Assembly (NCBI RefSeq): GCF_044704955.1
Contig: NW_027251199.1
Location: 1-60,399, forward strand
Origin: Pristiophorus japonicus
Lineage: Eukaryota
DNA length: 60,399 bases
Reading direction: 5' to 3'
In this document: positions 35,520 to 48,918 of the stretch, one piece after another
How positions within the stretch are numbered: position 1 is the stretch's first letter
How the letters are laid out: every line of letters begins with the position of its first letter
The notes under the pieces: generated by a model
Told to the model about the DNA's origin: nothing
The model's database searches: none
The model's input: the letters and a program-made list of their open reading frames with translations, nothing else
Translations under genes and position numbers: made by a program

Positions 35520-36690
35520 TCCTCCTCACCACCTTGACCTGTCCACAGCCTTTGACATGGTTGGTCACACCAACATCTCTCCTCCGTTGTTCATCTGAGT
35601 GGGACTGCCCTCGCCTGATACCACTCTTGCCTCTCCAGTCGTAGCCAGAGAATCTCCATCAATGGCTTCTCTTCCTGCTCCTGCACCGTTACCTCTGATA
35701 TCCCCAAAGGATCTCCTATTTCTCATCTACATGCTGCCCCTAAGCATCATCCAAAAACACAACATCAGGCTCCACATGTATGCTGACCACACCCAGCTCT
35801 ATCTCACCACCACCTCTCTCGACGACTCAACTCTGTCTGTGATGTCTGACTGCTTGTCCGACATCCAGTCCTGGATGAGGCGAAATTTCCTCCAATTAAG
35901 CACTGAATCCATTATCTTTGCCCCTGCACAAACTCTGTTCCCTCGTCACGAATCTTTCCCTCTCCCTGGACACTGGCTGAGGCTGAGCAAAAATGTTTGC
36001 AACCTTGGCGTCCTATTTGACGCTGAGATGAGTTTCTGACCCCATATCCTCTCCATCACCAAGACCACCTCCGTAATATGGAGCCCGATATCTGCCCCTG
36101 CCTCAGCTTATCTGCTGCTGAAACCCTCATCCATGCTTTTGTTACCTCCAGACTCAACTATTCCAATCCTCTCCTGGCTGGCCTCTCATCTTCCATGCTC
36201 CATAAACTTGAGCTCATCCTAAATTCTGCTGCTCCTCTCCTAACTCGCACCAAGTCCCGTCACCCATCACCCACTGTGCTCACTGATATACATTGGCTCC
36301 CAGTCCACCAATGCCTTGATTTTAAAATTCTCATCCTCGAGTTCAAATTTCTTCATGAGCTCACCCTTTCCTATCCCTGTAACTTCCACCAGCTGCACTA
36401 CAACCCTCTAAGAAATTTGCATTCCTCCAATTCTGATCCTTTGTGCATCCCCAACTTCGTTTGCCGTACCGTTGGTAGCTGTGCCTTCAGCCATCTAAGC
36501 CCTAAGCTTTGGAGTTCCCTTCCAACACCTCTCCACCTTGCCACCTGTCTTTCCTCCTTTAAGATGTTCCTTAAAACCTTTGTCATTGACCAAGCTTCTG
36601 GTCTCCTTTGGCTTGGTGTCAATTTATTTCTGAATAGGCTCCTGTGGAAGTGCCTTGGAACGTTTTACTATGTTGGGCGCTATATGTTGT
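35520..36690 (+). mobile_element. L2-type LINE RT-3' fragment
   Basis: LFLIYMLPL..HMYADHTQLY; LIHAFVTSRLNYSN.LLAGL; HWLPV..FKIL. Confidence 0.88.
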
Positions 36691-37486
36691 AATCAGTGAC
36701 CCCCCCCCCCCACTCACACTGTTGGAAAGTTCCTGCGTGACGACATTAACTGAGGGCAGATTCATCTGATAATCTCTATGGTTTTGTGGGCATAAATGAG
36801 TGTAAACAATCGGGGCCCAAGGGAAGGCCCTTCAAGTGTTAACATTTTAGTTTCAATTCATTTAACCATCATTCATGCATGCCAGGCAAAGCATGTTTAA
36901 GAATCTGCAATCGTGGAAGCTTTTCAATTTTTAATGTGACATACTTATGCCATCAAAATGTATTAAAAGAAACCGAACATACTGAGCAGGTCTCAGTAAA
37001 GATTTTTTTTTTAATTACTCAAAAAATTGCAATTAAAATATCAGAAAAATTATTTTGTTTCCTGGTGCATCTGGAAATCTGGTCGCAGTGCTGAGACCCC
37101 CGAACAAGCGCAGTGTTGGGGGCATGGCCAGTTTGGTGGGCGGAGATTTGTTTGGATGGAGGGTTTGATGACCAACGTAAAGCATCAAGGAGACTTGGGT
37201 ATATTATAGTTACATGGGTAACTCACGCCAAAATCTTCCAATCTTTTAAACCACTTAAATGGTTTAAAGCCCAAATTATATGTGATAATGCGCACGAAAC
37301 TCTAGGCCACTGTTTGTTAAACCGCACCCCCCCCCGGCCACTGTTTGTTAAACTTCACCCCCCCCCCCTGCCATCAAGGTTAATTCTTCCCCTGTGTTTT
37401 TAAACATTTCTGCTTCCCACTATGACTCAGTTGCACATGACCCAGCTCTATCTGACTTGACTGGTGTCTGAGCCACCTGTCAATCA

Positions 37487-38335
37487 ATCAATTATAGGCG
37501 GTCCTTGGAACGAGGATGACCTGCTTCCACACCAAAAGGGATGAGTTCACATGTTTCAGTGGAGGACCCGATATTCCAGTCCTGAACTCCAGGGGTGGAA
37601 GATGCCTGTGCGTGGATTTTTTTAACATGTGGTGACCGTTGCACATCAGCCACCACACGGGCTTGACAGAGCTAGCCTTTATCCAGTGGCAAGGGTAAAC
37701 CAAGACGACTGGAGACCTGCTCTGCTGCACGGATCTAGTGCGCACGCATATTGCAGTGTGGGCAGGCCCGTGCTGCCCCTGGGCCCTCGGCTCTTCTGGG
37801 CCCCACACCCTCATTTGCCGCTCCTCCGCCACAATCTCTCACCGCTCCTCCACCACGATCTCTCGCCGCTGATGTCTCACCGCTCCTCCACCACAAGCAT
37901 TCGGCGCACTTCTGCCACGATCTCTCGCCGCACCTCCGCCACGATCTCTCACCGCTCATCTCTTGTCACATCTCAGCCACGATCTCTCACTGCTCATCCG
38001 CCCCGACCTCCTCTCTCCTCCGCTGTGCCTGTATCTGACTGGTGTCTGAGCCACCTGTATCTGACTGGTCACACATGTGCCTGACAGTGGCTCTGCCGCT
38101 TCTCCGGGGAGGGGGGAAAGCAGAGGAAACGTTTCAAGGACACCTCTCGTCGCCGAGAGCATGCAGAAATCAAGCCCAGACGGCGGAAGGAGCGTGCGGC
38201 AAACCAGAATCCCCACCCACCCTTCAACCACTGTTTGCCCCACCTGTGACAGAGACTGTAACTCCCGCATTGGATTGTATAGCCACCTGAGAATTCACTG
38301 AGTGGAAGCAAGTCTTCCTCGATGATGATGATGAT
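37487..38335. mobile_element. RTE-tailed element (-, about 37487-38030, with internal tandem repeats) and RTE 3' fragment (+, about 38110-38333)
   Basis: Shared body with 6046-6667; CPTCDRDCNSRIGLYSHLRIH plus (GAT)n tail. Confidence 0.75.
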
Positions 38336-39639
38336 CTGACTGGTGCCTGAGCCAGCTGTATTTGATCCATATCTTAAAGTACATTTGTTTTTCTTGTTTT
38401 CAGATTCCTTTATCTTCCTTAAAGTGTTCCTCTGATCCATTGCCTCTCCCTGTCAACTAAGCCAAGATGAAGTTTGTGCTTTGCGTATTGAAGGACTCAG
38501 CGTCATGTTAAAAGTAGCCACATTCCTGCAGGGGAACCTGTTGCTCGGGATACCAGCTGAACATGTACAGAGAAACTCCCTTTGTGTTTTCAGAAGTGGA
38601 CTACATGTTTTTTTTCTAATATTGCCTGAATCAGTCCAATTGGAAGTGTTTTTTGTCCTTGTACAATTTGTTTTTTGACTTGCAATAAGTACTGGAGTTG
38701 GAGATTCCCACACGCAGTGGAGGAATACAGCTTTTTATCACTGTGCAAATGACTGTGTAGCTGTGTTTTGAAATAATGCTTACGTGTTGTGTTGTGTTCT
38801 GTAGCTTTATTATATGAACGGACTTTGTTTTGATGCCCTCAAAGACCTTGGATTTCAGTGTAGAGTTGCAACTTGAGTGGGATGCAGAAGGTCCAGTGAC
38901 TTGATTATATAGGGATACAAATGTTTAGATTGATACTTGTTTTTGAAAATGTAGTTTTTTAAAATTAAATTAACCCACCCCACCCCTGCCACGACTTCCA
39001 TTTTCCTTGTTTCCACTTATGAAAGTGATGATTCCTTGTTGGGGTAGTTCCCCGGGTGCTGACTCTCGCTGGAGTATAGTGCCCTGGTATCTCGCGCTCT
39101 CTGGGGTACAGTTCCCCGGCACTGCCTCTCTCTGGGGTACAGTTCCCCGGCACTGCGCCTCTCTGGGGTACAGTTCCCCGGCACTGCCTCTCTCTGGGGT
39201 ACAGTTCCCCGGCACTGCCTCTCTCTGGGGTACAGTTCCCTGGCACTGCCTCTCTCTGGGGTACAGTTCCCCGGCACTGCCTCTCTCTGGGGTACAGTTC
39301 CCCGGCACTGCCTCTCTCTGGGGTACAGTTCCTCGGCACTGCCTCTCTCTGGGGTACAGTTCCCCGGCACTGCCTCTCTCTGGGGTACAGTTCCCCGGCA
39401 CTGCCTCTCTCTGGGGTACAGTTCCCCGGCACTGCCTCTCTCTGGGGTACAGTTCCCCGGCACTGCCTCTCTCTGGGGTACAGTTCCCCGGCACTGCCTC
39501 TCTCTGGGGTACAGTTCCCCGGCACTGCCTCTCTCTGGGGTCCAGTTCCCCGGGTGCTGACTCTCTCTGGGGTCCAGTTCCCCGGGTGCTGACTCTGGGG
39601 TCCAGTTCCCCGGGTGCTGACTCTCTCTGGGGTCCAGTT

Positions 39640-39960
39640 AAAGAAAGACTTGGATTTATATAGCACCTTTCACGACCACCAGACAGCTCAAAGCGCTTTA
39701 CAGCCAATGAAGTACTTTTGGAGTATAGTCACTGTTGTAATGTGGGAAACACGGCAGCCAATTTGCACACAAGCAAGCTCCCACAAACAGTAATGTGATA
39801 ATGACAGATAATCTGTTTTTGTTACGTTGATTGAGGGATAAATATTGGCCAGGACACCGGGGATAACTCCCCTGCTCTTATTTGAAATAGTGCCATGGGA
39901 TCTTTTATGTCCACACGAAAGGGCAGACGGGACCTCGGTTTAACGTCTCATCCGAAAAAC
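39640..39960 (-). mobile_element. 5'-truncated Deu-like SINE inserted in the satellite
   Basis: Homologous to 13545-13850 (AAGAAAGACTTG..TTTACAGCCAAT..GTGCCATGGGATCTTTTATGTCC). Confidence 0.8.
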
Positions 39961-40444
39961 AGTTCCCTGGATACTGCCTCTCACTGGGGTACAGTTCCCT
40001 GGATACTGCCTCTCACTGGGATACAGTTCCCTGGATACTGCCTCTCACTGGGATACAGTTCCCTGGATACTGCCTCTCACTGGGATACAGTTCCCTGGAT
40101 ACTGCCTCTCACTGGGATACAGTTCCCTGGATACTGCCTCTCACTGGAATACAGTTCCCCGGATACTGACTCTCACTGGGGTACAGTTCCCCAGGTGCTG
40201 ACTCTCACTGGGGTACAGTTCCCTGGATACTGCCTCTCACTGGGACACAGTTCCCTGGATACTGACTCTCACTGGAACACAGTTCCCTGGATACTAACTC
40301 TCACTGGGATACAGTTCCTTGGATACTGCCTCTCACTGGGATACAGTTCCTGGGTGCTGACTCTCACTGGGGTACAGTTCCCCGGGTGCTGACTCTCACT
40401 GGGGTACCGTTCAACTGGTGCGGAGTCACCCTTGGGGTACAGTT

Positions 40445-41180
40445 CATCATCATTATCATCATCATCATAGGCAGTCCCTCAGAATCGAGGAAGACTTGCT
40501 TCCACTCCTGAAGTGAGTTCTTTGGTGGCTGAACAATCCAATACGAGAGCCACAGTCCCTGTCACAGGTGGGACAGATAGTCGTTGAGGGAAAGGGTGGG
40601 TGGGATTGGTTTGCCGCACGCTCCTTCCGCTGCCTGCGCTTGATTTCTGCATGCTCTTGGCATTGAGACTCGTGCTCAGCGCTCTCTCGGATGCACTTCC
40701 TCCACTTATGGCGATCTTGAGCCAGGGACTCCCAGGTGTTGGTGGGGATGTCGCACTTTGAGGGAGGCTTTGAGGGCATCCTTGTAGCGTTTCCGCTGCC
40801 CACCTTTGGCTCGTTTGCCGTGGGGGAGCTCCGAGTAGAGCACTTGCTTTGGGAGTCTCATGTCTGGCATGCGGACTATGTGGCCTGCCCAGCGGAGCTG
40901 ATTGAGTGTGGTCAGTACTTCAATCCTGGGGATGTTAGCCTGAATTAAGACGCTGATGTTGGTGCGCCTGTCCTCCCAGGGGATTTGTAGGATCTTGCGG
41001 AGACGTCGGTGATATTTCTTCAGCAACTTGAGGTGTCTACTGTACATGGTCCATGTCTGTGAGCCATACAGGAGGGCAGGTATTAGTACAGCCCTGTAGA
41101 CCATGAGCTTGGTGGCAGTTTTGAGGGACTGGTCTTCAAACACTCTCTTCCGAAGGCTGCACTGGCGCACTGGAGGCGAA
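40445..41180 (-). mobile_element. RTE LINE 3' fragment inserted in the satellite
   Basis: Minus [42 protein letters not shown]; (CAT)n tail at 40445. Confidence 0.92.
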
Positions 41181-44100
41181 ATGTCAGCCGGATGCTGACT
41201 CGCTTTGGGGTACAGATCCCCGGGTGCTGACTCACTTTGGGGTACAGATCCCCGGGTGCTGACTCACTCTGGGGTACAGTTCCCCGGGTGCTGACTCACT
41301 CTGGGGTACAGTTCCCCGGGTGCTGACTCACTCTGGGGTACAGTTCCCCGGGTGCTGACTCACTCTGGGGTACAGTTCCCCGGGTGCTGACTCACTCTGG
41401 GGTACAGTTCCCCAGGTGCTGACTCACACTGGGGTACAGTTCCCCGGGTGCTGACTCACTCTGGGGTACAGTTCCCCGGGTGCTGACTCTCACTGGGGTA
41501 CAGTTCCCCGGGTGCTGACTCTGTCTGGGGTACAGTTCCCCGGGTGCTGACTCTGTCTGGGGTACAGTTCCCCGGGTGCTGACTCTGTCTGGGGTACAGT
41601 TCCCCGGGTGCTGACTCTGTCTGGGGTACAGTTCCCCGGGTGCTGACTCACTCTGGGGTACAGTTCCCCAGGTGCTGACTCACTCTGGGGTACAGTTCCC
41701 CGGGTGCTGACTCTCTCTCGGGTACAGTTCCCCGGGTGCTGACTCTCACTGGGGTACAGTTCCCCGGGTGCTGACTCTGGGGTACAGTTCCCCGGGTGCT
41801 GACTCTCACTGGGGTACAGTTCCCCGGGTGCTGACTCTGTCTGGGGTACAGTTCCCCGGGTGCTGACTCTGTCTGGGGTACAGTTCCCCGGGTGCTGACT
41901 CTATCTGGGGTACAGTTCCCCGGGTGCTGACTCTGTCTGGGGTACAGTTCCCCGGGTGCTGACTCACTCTGGGGTACAGTTCCCCAGGTGCTGACTCACT
42001 CTGGGGTACAGTTCCCCGGGTGCTGACTCTCTCTGGGGTACAGTTCCCCGGGTGCTGACTCTCACTGGGGTACAGTTCCCCGGGTGCTGACTCTGGGGTA
42101 CAGTTCCCCGGGTGCTGACTCTCACTGGGGTACAGTTCCCCGGGTGCTGACTCTGTCTGGGGTACAGTTCCCCGGGTGCTGACTCTGTCTGGGGTACAGT
42201 TCCCCGGGTGCTGACTCTATCTGGGGTACAGTTCCCCGGGTGCTGACTCTGTCTGGGGTACAGTTCCCCGGGTGCTGACTCCCTCTGGGGTACAGATCCC
42301 CGGGTGCTGACTCACTCTGGGGTACAGTTCCCCGGGTGCTGACTCACTCTGGGGTACAGTTCCCCGGGTGCTGACTCACTCTGGGGTACAGTTCCCCGGG
42401 TGCTGACTCACTCTGGGGTACAGTTCCCCGGGTGCTGACTCACACTGGGGTACAGTTCCCCGTGTGCTGACTCACTCTGGGGTACAGTTTCCCGGGTGCT
42501 GACTCACTCTGGGGTACAGTTCCCCAGGTGCTGACTCACTCTGGGGTACAGTTCCCCGGGTGCTGACTCTATCTGGGGTACAGTTCCCCGGGTGCTGACT
42601 CTGTCTGGGGTACAGTTCCCCGGGTGCTGACTCACTCTGGGGTACAGTTCCCCAGGTGCTGACTCACTCTGGGGTATAGTTCCCCGGGTGCTGACTCTCT
42701 CTGGGGTACAGTTCCCCGGGTGCTGACTCTCACTGGGGTACAGTTCCCCGGGTGCTGACTCTGGGGTACAGTTCCCCGGGTGCTGACTCTCACTGGGGTA
42801 CAGTTCCCCGGGTGCTGACTCTGTCTGGGGTACAGTTCCCCGGGTGCTGACTCTGTCTGGGGTACAGTTCCCCGGGTGCTGACTCTATCTGGGGTACAGT
42901 TCCCCGGGTGCTGACTCACTCTGGGGTACAGTTCCCCAGGTGCTGACTCACTCTGGGGTACAGTTCCCCAGGTGCTGACTCACTCTGGGGTACAGTTCCC
43001 CAGGTGCTGACTCACTCTGGGGTACAGTTCCCCGGGTGCTGACTCTGGGGTACAGTTCCCCGGGTGCTGACTCTCACTGGGGTACAGTTCCCCGGGTGCT
43101 GACTCTGTCTGGGGTACAGTTCCCCGGGTGCTGATTCTGTCTGGGGTACAGTTCCCCGGGTGCTGACTCTATCTGGGGTACAGTTCCCCGGGTGCTGACT
43201 CTGTCTGGGGTACAGTTCCCCGGGTGCTGACTCTCTCTGGGGTACAGTTCCCCAGGTGCTGACTCACTCTGGGGTACAGTTCCCCGGGTGCTGACTCTCT
43301 CTGGGGTACAGTTCCCCAGGTGCTGACTCTCACTGGGGTACAGTTCCCCGGGTGCTGACTCTGGGGTACAGTTCCCCGGGTGCTGACTCTGTCTGGGGTA
43401 CAGTTCCCCGGGTGCTGACTCTGTCTGGGGTACAGTTCCCCGGGTGCTGACTCTGTCTGGGGTACAGTTCCCCGGGTGCTGACTCTGTCTGGGGTACAGT
43501 TCCCCGGGTGCTGACTCTCACTGGGCTACAGTTCCCCGGGTGCTGACTCTCGCTGGAGTACAGTTCCTCGGGTGCCAGTCACTTTCCAGTATCTCACTCT
43601 GGTTTCCAGTTTTCACGTGTCACCGTGCGTGTTCGCAGACCGTTGGATCGCAGAGGACATTACAGCCAAGGCCAGTTCTGTCCTCACCTCACATCCACAG
43701 GTATTACTAGACAGAGATCCCCCCTCCCTATCCCAGAGTGCTGGGTCCAATTGCAGCACGCCTGCAGGTGCCGGTCCCAGCTGACGAGAGTGGGGCTTGG
43801 GGTGGAGCGAGGTGCTGTTCCTAGTTTCTGTGCCGAAAGGGGGAAGGAGTGTTCATCAGTTTACTAATTTGCTGTTGTGTTTGATGCTGTCTGGTCACAG
43901 AGAGTAAGTTGTTTATTGAGAGTAGCTGTGTTGTAGTGGAATGTGAAGCATGAATGTAGCCTCTGAACCCGCACTGACTGCTGCTCACTTTGAAAAGATG
44001 TAGTGCGATTGCTGACATTGAGTGAAGAACACAGCACAAGCCGGGCGAATACAACCTCTGCCTCTGCACGGACCCACCCGCGGGGTATAAACTTCTCAGG

Positions 44101-45807
44101 TTGACTTTGACGGCAGCTTGTAGGTTAATTGCTGTTCAACTAACACTGGAATCACTTGTGTGGCTATGTTTGCTCTAGAATATTGTAATTTTATTGTTTT
44201 AAAAAAAAAAATCACATGCAGTGCATTCCTCTTGCTTATCAGCTTTTGATGACCTGCTGTAAAGTAGGCAGCTTACAGAGATTGAACAGGTTCCTGAATC
44301 AATCTGCTTGCACATTTGGTTTGAAAGGTCCTAGTAAACCCTCGCCACCGCGCCCCCCCAACCCTAGGGTGTCTCATACATGTTCTTTATTCACAGGTGG
44401 TTCTGTTGTCCAATGGCAGCAAAACTCACGTGTGACCAGCACCTCCTTGGCTGCACTGGGAGCATGCTACTCACACCGAATCCGTGATTTTACAAAGCAA
44501 GGAGCTTGTGAGATCTCTGCACAGCTTCCCTACTGGAGTAAAATCATACATGAGATAGTAGTGTCTCGGGGTCATGATAGGGTTACCATAATTTACCGTC
44601 CAAAACTGGACAGGGGTGGGTGCATCAGGGTAGTGAGGTGTAAGAGGGTGTAGGATGAAGGTAGGTGGTGGGTGGGATAGGGATGGGTAGACACTGGGAT
44701 CATGGCTTGAGTTCTGAGCTTTGCTTTGCTGATGGATGTAAACTCATTGAAACTTTAATAAAATAATCAATGCCTGCACATTAGAAGTGAATGGACGTCT
44801 ATTTTAAAACTGTTGATGTGGTGGCTGTGGGTAAGATTACATTGTGTGTATGGGTACAAGCTCTGCTTTGTAATAGTTTGAATTAGATCTAAATGAGGTT
44901 CACCACTGGCTTATGGATTTTAAATCTGATTTTTTTCCTCCAATGTTGTCAAAATATTGAAGGTATTTTAATAAATGTAAAGCCAGAATATGACAGCAGT
45001 ATTTGGATCATTTTTTTCTTTATGAAAACCTGGACTTGCTGCTGGGAGAGGAGACAGGATAGGGTGTCGAGGTGTTCGTAAAGCAGCTTGATGCTGTCTC
45101 CCTGGGTATTTACTGCAGCTGCTCAAAGAGATGCTCCAGAGAGGGCTCACCGACCCTAAACAGTCACCACTCCTTATCAGTTAGCTGACTCTTCCTGCTC
45201 TTTGGAGTCAGTGTTTTAATGTTAGGTGTAACTGATTGTACGGGCACCGCATGATCAGTGAGTTTTTATTGTCCAGAACCTGGAACAATCTGAGCAGCAG
45301 GAATTCCACATTCCGAACATCTGCATCGTTCCGTCTTATCTCAAAACAGCATTGAGCTCCCAAATCAACGCACGAAAACACCAATTGATAGCCATGGGGG
45401 CGAGCAACACTGCTGTCAGATGAGTGTGAGCTTAGAGAGCTACATTAGAGAACTGGAATGGTTCTGCTCCGGCAGTGTCAACATTCAGAGCCTTTACTAC
45501 CATAATCCTTTAATGTCTTTTGGTGGAACAAAAACATTTTGAGCCCACAATACAATTTTCAGTGTGATCACTAATCACCGGAGCTATGGGTTAATCAATT
45601 GAAAAAAATGACAAACTCAAACTTAACTTCTTTCTTATTTCATTATTTGGTATATTTTAAAATTGGGATACTAACTTCATAAAGGTGTTTGGCAGCAGAG
45701 TGGGGGATGCAGTGGGTTAATCACTGGATTTCCATCCCGGTTTGAATCCAGCCCAGACTGATCGAATTAAAGTATCTGAGTTGCTGACAGTGGTGGGTGG
45801 GGTCCTA

Positions 45808-46790
45808 GGGGGTGAAATTGCCCCTTTTTATAGCTCTGTTAGCGCCTCCGGGGCGCCCGGGGAAGGGGGCACTACCGCCTCCCGGGGAATTGTCCAGGAG
45901 TTTGCAGAGGAGCTACCATAACAACAACAACTTGTATTTATATAGTACCTTTAACGTAGTAAAATGTCCCAAGCACTTCACAGGAGTGTTATAAGACAAA
46001 ACAATAAATTTAACACCGAGCCACATAAGAAGAAATATTGGCAGAAGAGGTAGGTTTTAAGGAGCGTCTTAAAGGAGGAAAGAGGTAGAGAGGCGGAAAG
46101 GTATAGGGAGGGAGTTCCAGAGCTTGGGGCCCAGGCAGCTGAAGGCACAGCTGTCGATGGTTGAGCAGTTATGATCAAGGATGCTCAAGTGGGCAGAATT
46201 TGAGGAGCACATACATCTCTGAGTGGGGGGTGGGGAGGGGGGGTAGGTTGTGAGGATGAAGGAGATTAGAGATAGGGAGGGGCAAGGGCCTGGAGGGATT
46301 TAGATGTCAAGGCCAGCTTTTCAGGTCGCGAAGTTGACAGATATCCACTCTCGGGGCGCTCATAAAAGGGAAGGGTACCAGCGACCCAGGCCACCACCTT
46401 TTTTTGTCGGCCAACTCTCGGTTCAACGATGGCAGCCCTAGCGGGGTCCAGGCCGCCATCGTGCAGCCCAGCATTCCATTTTGGGTGCCAGGCTGCAGGC
46501 CCGGTCACACGCTGCCCTGTTGGCCTAGTGGAGATCATCAGAGACCGTGCAGAGTGCGCAGTGACCCTGCCCTTTAATTAAAGGAGAGGGGCGTTGAAGC
46601 TACGCGGAGCATCTGTGTGGCGCTTCAGCACCTCCAAAGGAAGTGGAGTGCGCAAAATTGCGCTCCGCTTCCTTTGAGAGGCGGTAAGGGCAATTCCGCA
46701 GCGGGGGCGGGACTTCTGCGCCTGGCGCTAAAGGTCCTGGCCCCAGAAGGTTACTGCTTCCAATTGGAGTGCAGGGCAATTTTGCCTCCC
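45808..46790. mobile_element. Probable GC-rich non-autonomous DNA transposon (Harbinger-like ends), interrupted by an L2-tail fragment at about 45917-46305
   Basis: GGGGTGAAATTGCCC at 45809 and imperfect inverse GGGCAATTTTGCC at 46773; CpG-rich interior unlike its flanks. Confidence 0.5.
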
Positions 46791-47399
46791 TCGTCTCAAC
46801 CCAGCTCCCAGTGGACATGGACACGGCACAAAACTGCCATTATTTTGGTACTAAAATTGGCAATCTGAGACACTGAAGGATGATTGGTGTGGAAAAAGTC
46901 ACATTGATGAGGTTGGGACAGCACAATTATTTGGTAGTGCAGAGGGAGTTTTATTCTGCACCTAATCTGTGGTGCATTTCATGTGGGAGTATTTAACTGA
47001 AGCTGTATACAAAGAACTTTGCATCTAACCTGATCTGGGAATGCTTAATGGGATTGTAGAGGAAGCTTTACTCTGTATCTAGCCTGAGCTGGGAGTGTTT
47101 GATAACATAGAATGGAGTGAGCTTTACTTAGGAGTGTATTTGAGCTGAGAGTAGTTGATTCTGGCAGATGTACCTAAAATGGAAAATGTTCCATTTGCCA
47201 GCACTAACATCTCTCACCAAATGAGCATAAAATTCACAAAAGAAGTTCAAGCCACCCTACCTACTGGTGTGAATCCATCTTCCACCATCACTGAATGGTA
47301 CGAACTCTGGATACTGTCTATTGGACACAGTAGTTATTCACTGACTTCTGTACAGTTTAAAGAGATACATGTTTTGACATTTCAAACCTAGCTTTTAAT

Positions 47400-47665
47400 C
47401 TTCTTCTTGGGCAGTCCCCTGGAGTCGAGGATGACTTACTTCCACACTAAAATGAGCTCCAAGGTGACTGATGAGACCAATGCGGGCCAGATGTTCCAGG
47501 TCCCAAACTTCATTTTAAAGGGTGGAAGATGCCTGTGCGTGACTTATTTTAACGTGGGGTGGGCATTGCACACCAGCTACCACACGAACTTGACAGAGCA
47601 AGGTCTTGGTCTGATGGCAAGGGGATCCAAGATGATGAGTCCAGGCTCCACTGCATAGACCTAAC
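47400..47665 (-). mobile_element. RTE-tailed non-autonomous element, truncated, with (AAG)n tail
   Basis: TTCTTCTTGGGCAGTCCCCTGGAGTCGAGGATGACTT plus shared body. Confidence 0.72.
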
Positions 47666-48069
47666 ACACACACACACACACACATGTTCCTACTGATACG
47701 AGCTTTTAATATGTTCACAATGGGATGCTGTCTTTTTATATGCATGGCAGAATAGGCTTAATGCAGAAGGGCAGTTATTGCCAGTAATTGGTAGGGAGAT
47801 TTCACTATGTGTAAATCCATTCTACAGAATGATCTAAATTTAATGCTGAGTTTAATATATTTTGATTAAAATGAGTTAGTAAAATAAGATCACTGCTCCA
47901 TGCTTGCTCCCACCTTCTTTCAATGTTCAGTGTAGGGTTTCATTATTTATTCCTTTTAAAGTAAAGCCAGATTAACCATTTAATGCTGTGCACCCACTGG
48001 TTTAATTTTTGACCAGTTTTATATTAAATTATGATTTATAGAACAGGAGTTGAAAAGGCATCTTGTTAA

Positions 48070-48329
48070 TGTAGCATATGTAGGCACCTTTAGTAATGAC
48101 TCCACGAGGCAGGGTATGATACTTAAACTGTGCAGATCTGCAGTCCTTTATTTGCAACTCCTGAGTGCAGACAGGAAGCTGTGTGTTCCTTTTTATACAG
48201 GTAACCCTTAGGTTTCCAGCAGCAGCACCATCTGGTGTACAGGCAAGGTGTGTACAGTGTAAGGGTACATTTAGTGTTGCATCACAGTGTTACAGACATC
48301 ACACAGTAAACAGGCATGCATGCACAACA
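48070..48329 (-). mobile_element. Solo LTR (Gypsy-type), 260 bp
   Basis: TG..CA ends; TSD GTTAA at 48065-48069 and 48330-48334; minus-strand TATAAAA and AATAAA in LTR order. Confidence 0.85.
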
Positions 48330-48918
48330 GTTAAAAGATCAGGTTACGGTTTTTGATATTTTGTATCCAATCGGAAACCCGTCGGTGTTAAAGTTTCACA
48401 CTGGCTACTTGCACATTTGAAGAAGTTATACTCGCGCCCGCTGCTGGTACTTCTGCAATCAGCATTAATGCACAGATACAAAACTGACCGAAGGGTACAT
48501 TTTTTTAATTCAACTCCTATTTCTGAAAGGGGTAAACTTCTGAAGTTTAAGGAATTAGAATGTCACATCATATGGTATATATCTCGAGTTTTATAAAAAT
48601 GAAAATCTGAGTTCTAAATATGGAATAGTCTACCACCTTCCTCTTGTTCGATGTTTGAACTTTAATTGGAATTGGTGTCAATATTTCATGCAATGTACAT
48701 GTGGTAAACAGTGGTTAGGTCATAGGCTGTGCTCTCTGATCTGCGTCCAGGTACAAATCAAACTGGTATACATACAGCATCATTGAAAAAGTTAGCAGAT
48801 AAACTTGTTTCTTCAGCTCTACAACCATAACAGCATGAGAAAATTTGTGGAAATTGCTATATGGATGCATTTATATCCATTCATAGTAAGTATAAAATTG
48901 CCATACTGTTAATGTATT

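Larger units (their letters stand above)
39040..43572. repeat. 31/32-bp tandem satellite in three sub-arrays (39040-39638, 39960-40445, 41190-43572)
   Basis: Units GGGGTACAGTTCCCCGGCACTGCCTCTCTCT (31 bp), GGGATACAGTTCCCTGGATACTGCCTCTCACT (32 bp) and GGGGTACAGTTCCCCGGGTGCTGACTCACTCT (32 bp). Confidence 0.97.

Noticed and set aside
38965-40392. Long repetitive ORFs on both strands (RGTVPQREAVPGNCTPE..)
   Set aside because: Translation of stop-free 31/32-bp units; no splice or start context
39040-43572. CRISPR-like array of about 32-bp repeats
   Set aside because: Units are contiguous with no unique spacers, there are no cas genes and the context is vertebrate; it is a satellite
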